Position numbers and translations under genes: made by a program
Source: an uncultured Planctomycetaceae bacterium
Lineage (GTDB): Bacteria > Planctomycetota > Phycisphaerae > SM23-33
Length of the DNA: 64,000 nt
Direction of reading: 5' to 3'
Assembly (NCBI GenBank): GCA_964472875.1
Contig: CAYYMD010000006.1
Location: 6,236-70,235, forward strand
The notes under the pieces: generated by a model
What the model saw: the letters and a program-made list of their open reading frames with translations, nothing else
The model's database searches: none
What the model was told of the DNA's origin: nothing
Shown: positions 38,053 to 48,205 of the stretch, one piece after another
Layout: each line of letters starts with the position of its first letter
How positions within the stretch are numbered: the first letter of the stretch is position 1

Positions 38053-39717
38053 TTATTCCATCCATATAGATTTCAGTTCGTGTACATCCAATGATATAAG
38101 TTTGGCATCACCGCCATGGGCTGTGATCGAGACCTTTTTCGCGTTCGGCTCGCCTTTGCCGCCGGTCGAGATATAGACCCGACCGTCATTGCCAATAATT
38201 TCCGTGAGCAGCCGGTCGGCCAGGACCCGGATGGTTATCCTGCCGTCCTTTGGCTTCAGCGGCGCGCCGTTGAGTTTCTGCTGCCCGGCGTCGTAGGTAA
38301 CACCCCTGCCGGGCATGTCGAGTGTAATTTTATCGGCGTCGCCAATACCCACGGTCAAACTGACGTCCAACAAATCGGTGCTAACCGGAACGGTAACGGG
38401 CCTGTCATCCGCCAGGGCCTGGGCATCTGCGCTGTTGGTATTTTTACGCAATTTCTGAATCTCTTTAATCGGCTCGGCGAACATGCGGACACCATCTTTA
38501 GTTTTCCGCAGTGTCAGGCGATGTGGAAAACTGAAGTGTTGGTTGTACGGACCCGGCGAACCTACCTTAAACCAGCCAATCTGTATCCGTCTCCCGTCCG
38601 GGGCATTATTGAATGTCTGAGAGGCATAATATTTACCCCAATGGACCCGGTATTTGCCTTTGTGCTCCGGAGTAAACTTTTTGCCGTCGAAGGCGCCGAT
38701 TATATACTTAGCGTCGGCGCCAAAGAGAACCCACCTGGTGTTTTCCTTATCGCCGTCGACCGGAAGTTCAAAAAGTTCGGGGCACTCGTGAAAATCTCCG
38801 ATTTCACTCTGCTTTTCCCACGTCTTTAAGTTGTCGGAGGTCAGGAATGCAAGCTGCCTGCCCCGGTCGAGATAGAGCACCATCACCCATTTTTGTGTCG
38901 GTTCATGCCACAGAATCTTGGGATCCCGTTCTCTTCCGCCATGGAGGTTCTTCACCACCGGGTTGCCCTCGTACTTGGTGAACGTCCTTCCGTTGTCGTT
39001 GCTGTATGCTATTCCCTGCGTGAAGGGACACCTGGGGTACCCAAATTTACCCGCGGCTGTGTAAGCCAGAATTATTACGTCTTTGTCACCGGTTTTGAAT
39101 CCGGCGGTGTTTTTCTTGTCAACCGCGCCCGTGCCGGAAAACATCGTACCCATTTCGTCGGGGTACAGCGCGTAGGGCAGTTCTTTCCAGTGGAGTAGAT
39201 CCTTGCTTACGGCGTGTCCCCATGTCATGTTGCCCCATTTTTTTGAGACAGGATTGTGTTGATAAAACAGGTGCCACTCGCCGTTGGCGTAAACCATGCC
39301 GTTAGGGTCGTTGTTCCAGCCCACCTTTTGAGTGAAGTGGAACTTGGGACGGTATGGTTCTTTGTAGAACTTTTCATGGCCTGGAATCGTATCGGACTGG
39401 CGGACCAGCGCAAAGCCGGCTTCCGGGGCATTGCTTATTTCGATCTTGGCCTTTTTGCCTTTGTATCTGTCGATGGGAAACCAGGCGTACCAGTCGGTCT
39501 CCTTGGCCGAAGGGGCCAGTTTCAGCCCGTAGCGATATAACTCCTTGCCCTCGACGAACAGCCGCAACTGGTTACCATTCCCACCATTTTTTATGGGAAG
39601 CACCAGATACTTCTTCGAGACTGTGAACTCCTTTTCAGCCGCCGTTGCTGCCGGGACCGCAATCGCCCAAACGGACATTATCAATGCTAAAGACGTCATT
39701 CTCTTGAGATTTTTCAT
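38053..39717 (-). CDS. Glycoside hydrolase family 32 (beta-fructosidase/levanase-like), secreted, with N-terminal accessory domain
   Basis: ORF 38053..39756. All three GH32 motifs are present: WNNDPNG, RDP (RERDPKILW) and ECP (FHECPELF). Sec signal MKNLKRMTSLALIMSVWAIAVPAATA. Start at the ATG at 39717 (AAGGAAG SD). Confidence 0.85.
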   Translation of the reverse strand: MKNLKRMTSLALIMSVWAIAVPAATAAEKEFTVSKKYLVLPIKNGGNGNQLRLFVEGKELYRYGLKLAPSAKETDWYAWFPIDRYKGKKAKIEISNAPEAGFALVRQSDTIPGHEKFYKEPYRPKFHFTQKVGWNNDPNGMVYANGEWHLFYQHNPVSKKWGNMTWGHAVSKDLLHWKELPYALYPDEMGTMFSGTGAVDKKNTAGFKTGDKDVIILAYTAAGKFGYPRCPFTQGIAYSNDNGRTFTKYEGNPVVKNLHGGRERDPKILWHEPTQKWVMVLYLDRGRQLAFLTSDNLKTWEKQSEIGDFHECPELFELPVDGDKENTRWVLFGADAKYIIGAFDGKKFTPEHKGKYRVHWGKYYASQTFNNAPDGRRIQIGWFKVGSPGPYNQHFSFPHRLTLRKTKDGVRMFAEPIKEIQKLRKNTNSADAQALADDRPVTVPVSTDLLDVSLTVGIGDADKITLDMPGRGVTYDAGQQKLNGAPLKPKDGRITIRVLADRLLTEIIGNDGRVYISTGGKGEPNAKKVSITAHGGDAKLISLDVHELKSIWME

Positions 39718-39746
39718 GACTTTCTTCCTTTCTGTTATCCGGTGAT

Positions 39747-39806
39747 TCACTTCCAAATCGATTTCATTTCGTACATTAATGATATAAGTTTAGTATCGCA
39801 CGTAGC
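39747..39806 (-). pseudogene. Relic of a GH32 gene 3' end (~19 codons plus stop)
   Basis: Reverse translation gives ...ATCDTKLISLMYEMKSIWK*, versus the GH32 C-terminus ...AHGGDAKLISLDVHELKSIWME* at 38053-38112. They share the identical 14-mer aatgatataagttt (39778-39791 and 38090-38103). Confidence 0.4.
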
Positions 39807-39835
39807 GAAGCAACACGGGGAATGCTTAATGTTTG

Positions 39836-41197
39836 TTATCGTTTTTTCTTTATTATTTTTTCCATAAGATCTTTCAACTCGCGCACTTTCTCTGGGTATT
39901 TTTCGGCCAGGTTGTTGGTCTCGCTGATGTCGGCCTGAAGGTCGTAAAGTTCCTCGACCTGTTTCCTGTCCTTGTCCACGGCGTATCCGGGAACTTTATG
40001 CCTAGCCTTTAGGTATTTCCATTTGCCCTTTCGTATTCCGTTGCCACGTTCATAGAGGTACGTCTGTCTGCCCTTGCCGGATTTGCCCATCAGCAGGTCT
40101 GTCTGATCGATTCCGTCAATGACGCGGTCGTCGGGAACGTCGAAGCCGGCGAGATTGGCGAATGTGGGCATGAAGTCGATGGTGGCAAATATGGCATCGG
40201 ACACCCGCCCGGCGGGGACCTTTCCCGGCCAGCGGACAATGCATGGCACGCGGCTGCCGCCCTCGTAACACGAACCCTTGCCGTTTCGCAGCGGTCCCGG
40301 ATCGCCCCAGAACACCGCATCCTCGTACATCGGACTGGTCGTGCCACGTCTTCCCGCCCGCTTGGCCTTGATATACGCCTTCTGGTTCCAGGGTCCGTTG
40401 TCGGTTGTGAAAATCACCAGCGTATCTTTTGTCAGCCCCAGTTCATCCAGAACGTCCAGCAGCCGGCCGGTCTCATAGTCAAGTTCCTCAACTGCGTCGC
40501 CGTATAGTCCGTATTCGGATTTGCCTTTGAAACGCTTCGAGGCGTCAATGTTCATGTGTAACATAGTGTGCGCCAAGTAAAGCACGAACGGCTTGTCTGT
40601 GTCGTGTTTGTTCTTGAGGTAATCTATGGCCTTTTGCGTGTAGAGGTGCGTGATGCCCGCCATGTCATCCGTTGTCCTGAGGCGCTCGTTGTTTTTGTAT
40701 AGCGTCACCTTTCCGTTATCATTGGCGCCCAGCGGCCCGAAGTAGTAATCGAACCCCTGTGCGTTGGGCATGCGGTCTATGATGGGTTTTCGGTTGGAAA
40801 CGTCCCATTTGCCGATGCAGGCCGTCTGATAGCCGACTTTTCGCATCCGTTCGGCGAAGGTGATTTCGCCGGCCGGCATTGACCAGCCCTTGCTACGTAC
40901 GGGATATCTGCCGGTCAGCAGCGCCGACCGCGAAGGCCCGCATACCGTCTGTGCGTAAAAACTGGTGAACCGCGTGCCTTCCTGGGCCAGTTTATCCATC
41001 CGGGGAGTGTCTATCTTGTCCTGGCTATAACAGCCCAAGTCCCCGTAGCCCTGGTCATCGGTGAAAATAATCAGTATGTTAGGCCTTTGCGCCGCCTTTG
41101 CATCTGAAGCCGCATGTACCGCCCAAGGCGCCGCCACCGCCCCGGCGCCGATAGCCGCATTCTTTAAAAACGCCCTGCGATTGATTCGAACATTCAT
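39836..41197 (-). CDS. Sulfatase (formylglycine-dependent, Cys-type), Tat signal
   Basis: 453-aa ORF. INRRAFLKNAAIGAGA twin-arginine signal. FTDDQGYGD. CGPSRSALLTGRY (CxPxR). Confidence 0.9.
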   Translation of the reverse strand: MNVRINRRAFLKNAAIGAGAVAAPWAVHAASDAKAAQRPNILIIFTDDQGYGDLGCYSQDKIDTPRMDKLAQEGTRFTSFYAQTVCGPSRSALLTGRYPVRSKGWSMPAGEITFAERMRKVGYQTACIGKWDVSNRKPIIDRMPNAQGFDYYFGPLGANDNGKVTLYKNNERLRTTDDMAGITHLYTQKAIDYLKNKHDTDKPFVLYLAHTMLHMNIDASKRFKGKSEYGLYGDAVEELDYETGRLLDVLDELGLTKDTLVIFTTDNGPWNQKAYIKAKRAGRRGTTSPMYEDAVFWGDPGPLRNGKGSCYEGGSRVPCIVRWPGKVPAGRVSDAIFATIDFMPTFANLAGFDVPDDRVIDGIDQTDLLMGKSGKGRQTYLYERGNGIRKGKWKYLKARHKVPGYAVDKDRKQVEELYDLQADISETNNLAEKYPEKVRELKDLMEKIIKKKR

Positions 41198-41215
41198 GCC
41201 AATCTCTACTGTTTT

Positions 41216-42622
41216 CTACCTTTTAAATTTTCGTCGCTTCGGTACCATGCTTTCATCCCAGCCGAAGCGTTTTAAATAATCGGTCATCTGCTTGTACATC
41301 ATTTCAGCCCGCTGGGGCTGTTCGTCGGCTAGGTTCCTGCTCTCGCCGATGTCGTCTTTCAGATTATAAAGAAAGATTTCATCGGAGTCGATATCCTTGA
41401 TTAATTTATACTTTCCCTGCACTATGGCGATGTCATGCCGAACGTGGGGCTTCGTATATTTGAACACAAGGAAAGGGTCTTTGCGTCGGATGGCTTTTTC
41501 GCCGCCGCTTTTGAGGTGGTCCAGCAGACTGGCGCCTTCCACCTTTTCAGGGATGTGCTCGCCGCCATCCACGATCTCCATCACTGTAGGGAAGATATCC
41601 GTGCCGACCACCGGCGTGGATGAGTGCTTGTTTGCCGGAATTCCCGGCCCCCGCACGATAAACGGCACGCGGATTCCGCCTTCGCTGACATGGTACTTAT
41701 GGCTCCGCTGAGGAAAGGCCTTGTAATAGCCCCGCTTGCGGACGGGCGTTCCCTTCCAGTCTTTCTTGTCTTCGAAGCCGTTGTCACTCGTGATAATCAC
41801 GTAGGTGTTATCCCTGATGCCCAGTTCGTCTATCTTGTCAAGCACCATGCCGATTCCGGTATCGAGGTTTTCGTTCATCGCCGCAAAAAGCGGGCTGTTC
41901 TGATATTTCGTGGCCTCCTCGGCGTGCTCGGTGCGATACTTCTTGATAGTCTCGGACAACGCCTGGTATTTCAAGTGGTCAGCGTAGTGGGAAATTTGCA
42001 GGTAGAAAGGCCGGTCGGCCTTAACCTGCTTTTCTATGAAGGTGTTGGCCTTGCGTGTCAGACTGAAGATCATCTTGGGATCTTCGGGATTATCAGAGTC
42101 CGGATTGTTTTTCGGGCCGTGGCCGTCGCCGTATTCGGCAACGTCATAGCCCATTGTCCGGGGTGTAAAGGCGATATGCCACTTGCCCATGTGCGCGGTA
42201 ACGTAGTCCGAGTCCGCTTGCTTTAGGCGATTGGCCAGTGACTGCTCAGGCAAGGCATCAACGCCCTTGCCGATACGGTCAGCGCCCCAAATTCGCAGAC
42301 TGTGTGGGCTGCGGCCGAATTGTATGGCGTACCTCGTCGGCGAGCACGTCGGCGCGGGAGCGTAGGCCTGCGAAAAACGCATTCCTTGCCGTGTGAACTC
42401 CGCCAGCCGGGGCGTATTATAGTAGGAACTGCCCGAACCGGGTACGGACGGGTTCATCCGAACCGAAAGCCCGTTCCACCCCTGATCGTCGGTCAGTATG
42501 AAAACGAAGTTGGGTTTCTTTTTGCCCGACGCCGCGGCCCGCACGAATTTTCCCGCAGCCAATACGGCCGCGCCGGATGCCGCGCTTTTAAGAAAGGATC
42601 TTCGGTTGATTATCGATGTCAT
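41216..42622 (-). CDS. Sulfatase (Cys-type), Tat signal
   Basis: ORF 41216..42850. Start at the ATG at 42622 (MTSIINRRSFLKSAASGAA) with a GGAG SD. LTDDQGWN. CSPTRYAIQFGR. Confidence 0.9.
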   Translation of the reverse strand: MTSIINRRSFLKSAASGAAVLAAGKFVRAAASGKKKPNFVFILTDDQGWNGLSVRMNPSVPGSGSSYYNTPRLAEFTRQGMRFSQAYAPAPTCSPTRYAIQFGRSPHSLRIWGADRIGKGVDALPEQSLANRLKQADSDYVTAHMGKWHIAFTPRTMGYDVAEYGDGHGPKNNPDSDNPEDPKMIFSLTRKANTFIEKQVKADRPFYLQISHYADHLKYQALSETIKKYRTEHAEEATKYQNSPLFAAMNENLDTGIGMVLDKIDELGIRDNTYVIITSDNGFEDKKDWKGTPVRKRGYYKAFPQRSHKYHVSEGGIRVPFIVRGPGIPANKHSSTPVVGTDIFPTVMEIVDGGEHIPEKVEGASLLDHLKSGGEKAIRRKDPFLVFKYTKPHVRHDIAIVQGKYKLIKDIDSDEIFLYNLKDDIGESRNLADEQPQRAEMMYKQMTDYLKRFGWDESMVPKRRKFKR

Positions 42623-42704
42623 GTCTTTCTCCTGAATTTCTCCTGTCTCTACGCGCTTTACAAATACCCGGAGCCCGACCGGGACAAAACAATTAACATT
42701 CGGT

Positions 42705-44474
42705 TTATTTCCTTTCCACGCGGGTGTAATACGCGCTGCACAGCTCCTTACCGTTTTTGTCGTAAAACATGGTTTGCAGCCGGTATTCGCCTCTTTTGAG
42801 AGGGGCAGTGAAACTGACTGACTTTGCCCCCTCCTTGTCCCGGGGCGCATCGGCTTTTAGTTTGACGTCTCCTATCGTAAGACCGGCAGAAGCGATCGGA
42901 ACGGCACCTCGGCCGCGTGTCGTATCGCCATGCATCGCTTCGGTGAGTCGCTTGTCCGAGTGAGGCCACCATCGATAAAGTGTGAATTCATAAAGCCCGT
43001 CCCTTTCCACCCGGACGTTCCAGTATCCTTTTTTGTCGCCCTCTATCAGGTTGCCACGGTTGTCGGCGTAATCGCCCTGCCAATCGCTGGAATAAAGCGT
43101 GGTGGGGTTGGCTTTATCGCTACCGAGGTGAATCCAGCGTGTTTCGGCAAATGGCTTCTGCACTGCCTGCCACCATTTGTCGTAGTGCTTCTCCATGGCA
43201 GCGAGAACTTCGGGGTGCCTGTCCGCCACGTCTGTGTCCTGATGCGGGTCTTTTCGGATGTCGTAAAGCTTGCCATTGACCATGCGCCACTTATTCCACA
43301 TGACTGCGGCCGCGCCCTTTTTCGGATGAGCGCCAACCTGCACCACCAGCATTCGATCGTCGAGTTCGTCGCGGCTGCCTTGCAACAGATCTGCCAGACT
43401 GGTCCCATCGAATCGCTCACTGGCCCGGTTGCCGGCCCGAAGCGAACACATATCAATAAGCGTCGGTAGAATATCCTGCACCTGTGTAAGTTCACCGATG
43501 TCCCTTGGCGAACCAAGTTCGCCCTCAGGCCAGCGGATAAAACACGGCACGCGGTGCCCGCCCTCCCACAGGGTTCCTTTGTTGCCTCGCATACCGGCGT
43601 TGAATACGTCTGCGCCCCGGGATGAACCGTTGTCGCCCATGAAGATAAGGATCGTGTTCTCAGCCAGCCCTCGCTGACTCATCCACTTCATTAATCTGCC
43701 CATATTCATGTCGATGTTGGCGATCTGACCGTAAAAGTCGGCGGGGCCCTTTTTGTTCGCGTAGGGCTTGATAAATTTCTCCGGTGCCCAATTGGGAGCA
43801 TGCGGGCAATTGGCGGCCAGGTAACAAAAGAAAGGTTGATCTGCATTCTGTCGCGCCTGCATCCATTGCATCGCCTGATCGAACCAGACGTCCGTGCAAT
43901 AACCCTCATATTTCAGAAGATTGTCGTCGCGGCGATACACATCGTCCCAGTAATCGTTCGCGTAATAATCCGCAATAGAGGTGATGCCCCACGCACCGTG
44001 ATGGACTGTTCGGTCAAAGCCGCGATCCTGAGGCCTATGAGGATAACTGTCGCCCAGGTGCCACTTGCCGAAATGACCTGTGCGGTAGCCGCCGGAGCGG
44101 AAAATATCCGCCATGGTGGGCAGAGATTCCCGCATCATAGACCGTCCCTGGCAGACCCGACTGGCGCCGTTACGCAAGGCATCGCAACCGGTCATCAGCT
44201 GTCCCCGCGTCGGGGTGCACTTGGGCGCTACGTGAAAGTCGGTCAATCGTATGCTCTGTGCATGCAGCTTATCCAGGTTCGGCGTTCTGAGCACAGGGTT
44301 GCCGTGACACGACAAGTCGCCGTAGCCCTGGTCGTCGGTGAGTATAATCAGAACGTTTGGCCTACGTTTGCCCTGTTTGCCTATTGCCGAGCGTAGCGCG
44401 CCCGGGGCGAAGAATGTTGCCACGCCCGTGGCCGCGCTTTTAAGGAACAATCTACGGTTAATCATCGATTCCAT
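42705..44474 (-). CDS. Sulfatase (Cys-type), Tat signal, with ~130-aa C-terminal beta-rich extension
   Basis: ORF 42705..44486. Start at the ATG at 44474 (MESMINRRLFLKSAATG) with a GGAG SD. LTDDQGYGD. CTPTRGQLMTG. Confidence 0.9.
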   Translation of the reverse strand: MESMINRRLFLKSAATGVATFFAPGALRSAIGKQGKRRPNVLIILTDDQGYGDLSCHGNPVLRTPNLDKLHAQSIRLTDFHVAPKCTPTRGQLMTGCDALRNGASRVCQGRSMMRESLPTMADIFRSGGYRTGHFGKWHLGDSYPHRPQDRGFDRTVHHGAWGITSIADYYANDYWDDVYRRDDNLLKYEGYCTDVWFDQAMQWMQARQNADQPFFCYLAANCPHAPNWAPEKFIKPYANKKGPADFYGQIANIDMNMGRLMKWMSQRGLAENTILIFMGDNGSSRGADVFNAGMRGNKGTLWEGGHRVPCFIRWPEGELGSPRDIGELTQVQDILPTLIDMCSLRAGNRASERFDGTSLADLLQGSRDELDDRMLVVQVGAHPKKGAAAVMWNKWRMVNGKLYDIRKDPHQDTDVADRHPEVLAAMEKHYDKWWQAVQKPFAETRWIHLGSDKANPTTLYSSDWQGDYADNRGNLIEGDKKGYWNVRVERDGLYEFTLYRWWPHSDKRLTEAMHGDTTRGRGAVPIASAGLTIGDVKLKADAPRDKEGAKSVSFTAPLKRGEYRLQTMFYDKNGKELCSAYYTRVERK

Positions 44475-44761
44475 GTCTTTCTCCAATCCTGAATTTTAAA
44501 TTTATTTACCCCGTCGCCAGGGTCGGACCATTCCCAAGTACTGCTCATATAGTTTAATTCATCTCGGATGGTTTGGTAACGAGGTATTATCCCACATCGA
44601 CTGCATTTTCAAGCGTCAAGCGAATCGATCCGCGCAGGTAATGGTGTGATTTTCTGGAACACTCTGTCCTTCATCGAAAATACGACGGTTTATGAAATAC
44701 GGTACGCCTCGCCTCAAATAAGCATAAAAATATCGCGCCCGCCTAAGCCATATGCCGCCAA

Positions 44762-46423
44762 TCATTCATGGGTGTCAGGAGAAAAACCTTTTCGTCCGAA
44801 ACCATAGATATCTTTCATCCCCCATGCATCGAGGGACTTCAGCCGGGCTTCTCTGCGCAGCGACCGCAACGACACACCGATACTATCTTTGCGCTCCGGA
44901 TAGACTCTCGCGCCAATGCACTGACGGCCGTTGACGAACACCTCGACCACGCTGCGGTCGACGAAAACACGCAGGCGCAGCGGTTCGTCGTTTGCCAATT
45001 CCACATGGGCGGTCTCCGGCGGCCTCTGGCGAACGTTTGACGACAATGAGGAACGCGATGTGTCTATCGACACTACGCAGGGCATTTTACCCTTACGATA
45101 CCCACGATCTCGCATGCAGAGAATCCGGGTGTATTCCAGTCCGTCCGGCGAGCGGAGGATGTTCAACTCCAAAGTCTGATTCTTTTGCGGGGCGAATTCT
45201 GCTATGATTTCCATGGCGTTCCCGCGGACGTTCTTAATTACAACCTCTTCATTGGCCGGCAGTTTCATCGGACCCACTTCTATATGGTCGGCGCGCAGCG
45301 ATTCAATATCCCCGGCAGGGACTATATTGAGCGGATTGAAGAAACCCTTGCGGAGCGTCAGTCGTCGCGGCAAAGACATGATCCGATTCCAACCCGGCGT
45401 AGGTTTGCCTTCGTTCATATTGAAAATGGCTATCACGCCGCCATCGCCGTCGGGGAAGGCCGATGGCGCATGCGTTCCACACGGCCCCCAGGATCCGAAG
45501 TTGAAATCGCCGCCGTTGGTCACCACGAACTTCTGCCGTTTTGTGTCGTAATCGCCGAGCATATATTTCCCGCCGCTCATGTGGCTGAAGTGCAGAAGGA
45601 TATGCTTTTGATTTTTGTTTCCGATCGGCCAGAAGTAGGGACAGGCCCCGTCGTCACCGACCAGGCCATAATAATCGTTCTCGATGAACTGGTGGAGGTA
45701 CTCCCAGTTCTTTAGGTCTTTGGAGCGGTGTAGAAACTCAGCGCGTATGGGCTTTCCTCCGGGGCCGCGGCGTCTACCCGCCGTGAGGATGTAGTAATAC
45801 TCGCCATGCTTCCAGATGCAGGGGTCGAATATATTATACGGCAGGTTGGGAGCGTGAGGGATGACGGCCTTTCCGGTAACCTTCTTCCAGTTCAGCAGCA
45901 GCGGGTCGTCCGAAACGGCGACCATCGTCCCCTGTGCTATTCCGTGATACGCCGCGATAACACGGTCCTCGTCGACAAACGTCGTTCCGGAGAAACACCT
46001 TGCCTCGGGGCCGGGGTAGATTGCATACGGCAGGTCGCGCCAGTGGATAAGGTCATCGCTGACTGCATGGCCCCAGTGCTGGCGCGTGTCCTCCGGCGGA
46101 TAGGCCTGGTAGAACAGGTGCCAACGTCCCTTCCAGTAACACAGGCCGTTTGGATCGTTAAGCCTGCTTTCTGGGTTTACGTAGTGATAGATCGGCCGAT
46201 AGCGATCCTTCGAGAGTTTCTTTCGCGATTCGGCAAACCTCTTCAGCAGTGGGTTGGCTTTCAACGCCGCCTGCTGCGTCTGTAGAGTCTCGGGGTAGGA
46301 GAACCTGGGGACGCGGGAGGAGCGATCTTTCTGTTTCGCCTCCGCGTGTGTGCCAATAACGCCGCTTAACAGAACCAGCGTTAGCATTACGTTTGTCAGT
46401 GCTCTGGATATTCGAATTTGCAT
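44762..46423 (-). CDS. Divergent GH32-family protein, secreted (NDPNG kept; RDP replaced by FDP; ECP replaced by ACP)
   Basis: 553-aa ORF. YRPIYHYVNPESRLNDPNGLCYWKGRWHLFYQAYP. FDP at residues 199-201. GACPYFW with Ala260 (codon 45644-45646, checked by hand). Sec signal. Confidence 0.75.
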   Translation of the reverse strand: MQIRISRALTNVMLTLVLLSGVIGTHAEAKQKDRSSRVPRFSYPETLQTQQAALKANPLLKRFAESRKKLSKDRYRPIYHYVNPESRLNDPNGLCYWKGRWHLFYQAYPPEDTRQHWGHAVSDDLIHWRDLPYAIYPGPEARCFSGTTFVDEDRVIAAYHGIAQGTMVAVSDDPLLLNWKKVTGKAVIPHAPNLPYNIFDPCIWKHGEYYYILTAGRRRGPGGKPIRAEFLHRSKDLKNWEYLHQFIENDYYGLVGDDGACPYFWPIGNKNQKHILLHFSHMSGGKYMLGDYDTKRQKFVVTNGGDFNFGSWGPCGTHAPSAFPDGDGGVIAIFNMNEGKPTPGWNRIMSLPRRLTLRKGFFNPLNIVPAGDIESLRADHIEVGPMKLPANEEVVIKNVRGNAMEIIAEFAPQKNQTLELNILRSPDGLEYTRILCMRDRGYRKGKMPCVVSIDTSRSSLSSNVRQRPPETAHVELANDEPLRLRVFVDRSVVEVFVNGRQCIGARVYPERKDSIGVSLRSLRREARLKSLDAWGMKDIYGFGRKGFSPDTHE

Positions 46424-46521
46424 TAATAATCCTTTCTTCTGCTACTGGGTTACATACCTTTCGTTTCCCGGCATGACTGCCGGCATGACTGCATTTAAGA
46501 TTCGGTTTTATCCTTACAAAG

Positions 46522-48021
46522 TCACTTCCCCCCTTTCACAGAAACCCGATATTTGTCGCGTAGTCTGGTCAGTTCCTTTTTCAACTTTGCAATGACATCC
46601 GCATATTCATCTTCGCCGTAGCGGCTATGCATCTCGCACGGGTCCTTTTTCAGGTCATAAAATTCCCACTCTTCGCCACCGGGAACGTTCTTGCCGTAGA
46701 ATCTTATCAACTTGTAGCGTTTTGTCGCCACGCCTTCGTGTTTTCTGACCGAGTGCACGGCAGGGTATTCGTAATAGTGATAATAAACGGAATCGCGCCA
46801 GTCATCGGGCGTCTTCCCCTTCAGCAGGGGAACCAGGGATCTGCCCTGCATCGCATCCGGTATCGGCGCGCCGCCGATGTCAAGGAACGTCTCTGCGAAA
46901 TCGATATTCTGCACGAGATCGTTGTTTTTACTGCCCGGTTCGACAACGCCCGGCCAGCGGACGATAAACGGTATGCGGAAAGACTGCTTATACATAAAGC
47001 GTTTGTCGAACCAGCCATGCTCGCCCAGGAAAAATCCCTGGTCGGATGAGTACATCACTACGGTGTTCTTGTCCTGGCCAGTATCTTTCAAATATTTCAG
47101 CAGCCGCCCGACATTTTCGTCAATTCCGGCTATGCAGGCGAAATAATCCCGCATGTACATCTGGTACTTCCAGCGGACAAGTTCCTTGCCCTTGAGGTCA
47201 TGCTTTTGGAGATATTCTTTGCGGGGGCCGCTGTCGGCCTTGAGATCTTTGCCAAGACTCATTGTCTTGGCTATTGACATATCCTGTTTTTTAGCGGCCG
47301 TGCCGCGCCCCTCGTAATCGTCAAAAAGAGATTTAGGTTCTGGGAATGTCTTGTCACGGAACTCCTTCTTGAAACGCGGAGCAGGTTCCCAACGCCTGTG
47401 TGGCGCTTTGAAATGAACCATCATCATGAACGGTTTGGCCGCATCCCTTCCGTTTTTTAGCCAATTCAATGCGCGGTCCGTTATGATGTCTGTCGAGTGG
47501 CCTTTATATTGGGTTTTACCTTTTTCGGTGATGAACGTGGGATTGTGATATCGCCCCTGGCCCGGGAGCACTTCCCAGTAATCAAATCCCTGCATTTTGC
47601 CCGAGAGGTGAATCTTTCCTATCATGGCCGTCTGGTAGCCGGATTTGCGAAGGATTTTCTGAAACTGCTGCTGGTCGTGATTGAATCCGCCGCGGTTGTC
47701 TATCTTTCCGTGCATGTGGCTGTGCTTGCCGGTCAGCAGTGTTGCCCGGCTGGGCGCGCAGATGGAATTTCCTACGCATGCCCGCTCAAACAGCATTCCC
47801 TGCTTCGCAAGTGAATCTATATTGGGCGTAGGGTTCATTTTCGCGAACCGCCCGCCGTAGGCACCAACGGCCTGGTAGGCGTGGTCGTCGGAAAACAGCC
47901 AAACTATATTGGGTCGTTTTGCGTTTTCCCCGGCTAATACCTTCGAACCACCCGCGACGGACATAGCTGACGCGACCGCGCCCATAGATGCGAGAAACTC
48001 TCGCCTGCTGTAATCTTTCAT
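46522..48021 (-). CDS. Sulfatase (Cys-type), Tat signal
   Basis: 499-aa ORF. SRREFLASMGAVAS. FSDDHAYQA. CAPSRATLLTGKH. Confidence 0.9.
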   Translation of the reverse strand: MKDYSRREFLASMGAVASAMSVAGGSKVLAGENAKRPNIVWLFSDDHAYQAVGAYGGRFAKMNPTPNIDSLAKQGMLFERACVGNSICAPSRATLLTGKHSHMHGKIDNRGGFNHDQQQFQKILRKSGYQTAMIGKIHLSGKMQGFDYWEVLPGQGRYHNPTFITEKGKTQYKGHSTDIITDRALNWLKNGRDAAKPFMMMVHFKAPHRRWEPAPRFKKEFRDKTFPEPKSLFDDYEGRGTAAKKQDMSIAKTMSLGKDLKADSGPRKEYLQKHDLKGKELVRWKYQMYMRDYFACIAGIDENVGRLLKYLKDTGQDKNTVVMYSSDQGFFLGEHGWFDKRFMYKQSFRIPFIVRWPGVVEPGSKNNDLVQNIDFAETFLDIGGAPIPDAMQGRSLVPLLKGKTPDDWRDSVYYHYYEYPAVHSVRKHEGVATKRYKLIRFYGKNVPGGEEWEFYDLKKDPCEMHSRYGEDEYADVIAKLKKELTRLRDKYRVSVKGGK

Positions 48022-48205
48022 ATATATGTCCTTTTCGCTAATAACTCATCAACATAAAATTCTACTATAATATAAACTTATCTGTTTTTCATGTAATATT
48101 CAATGCCACTAAGAACTCCTTAGCAACTACTGTTTCCAGCGTCGGCAATGCTTGGAATAATAATCGCGAAGTCATCCATGGCCGACAAAAGTCACTGCGT
48201 GCATT

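Noticed and set aside
46469-46492. Tandem 12-nt direct repeat CGGCATGACTGC x2 upstream of GH32 no. 2
   Set aside because: There are only two copies and no further periodicity or symmetry. It is most simply a slippage duplication and is not evidently functional.
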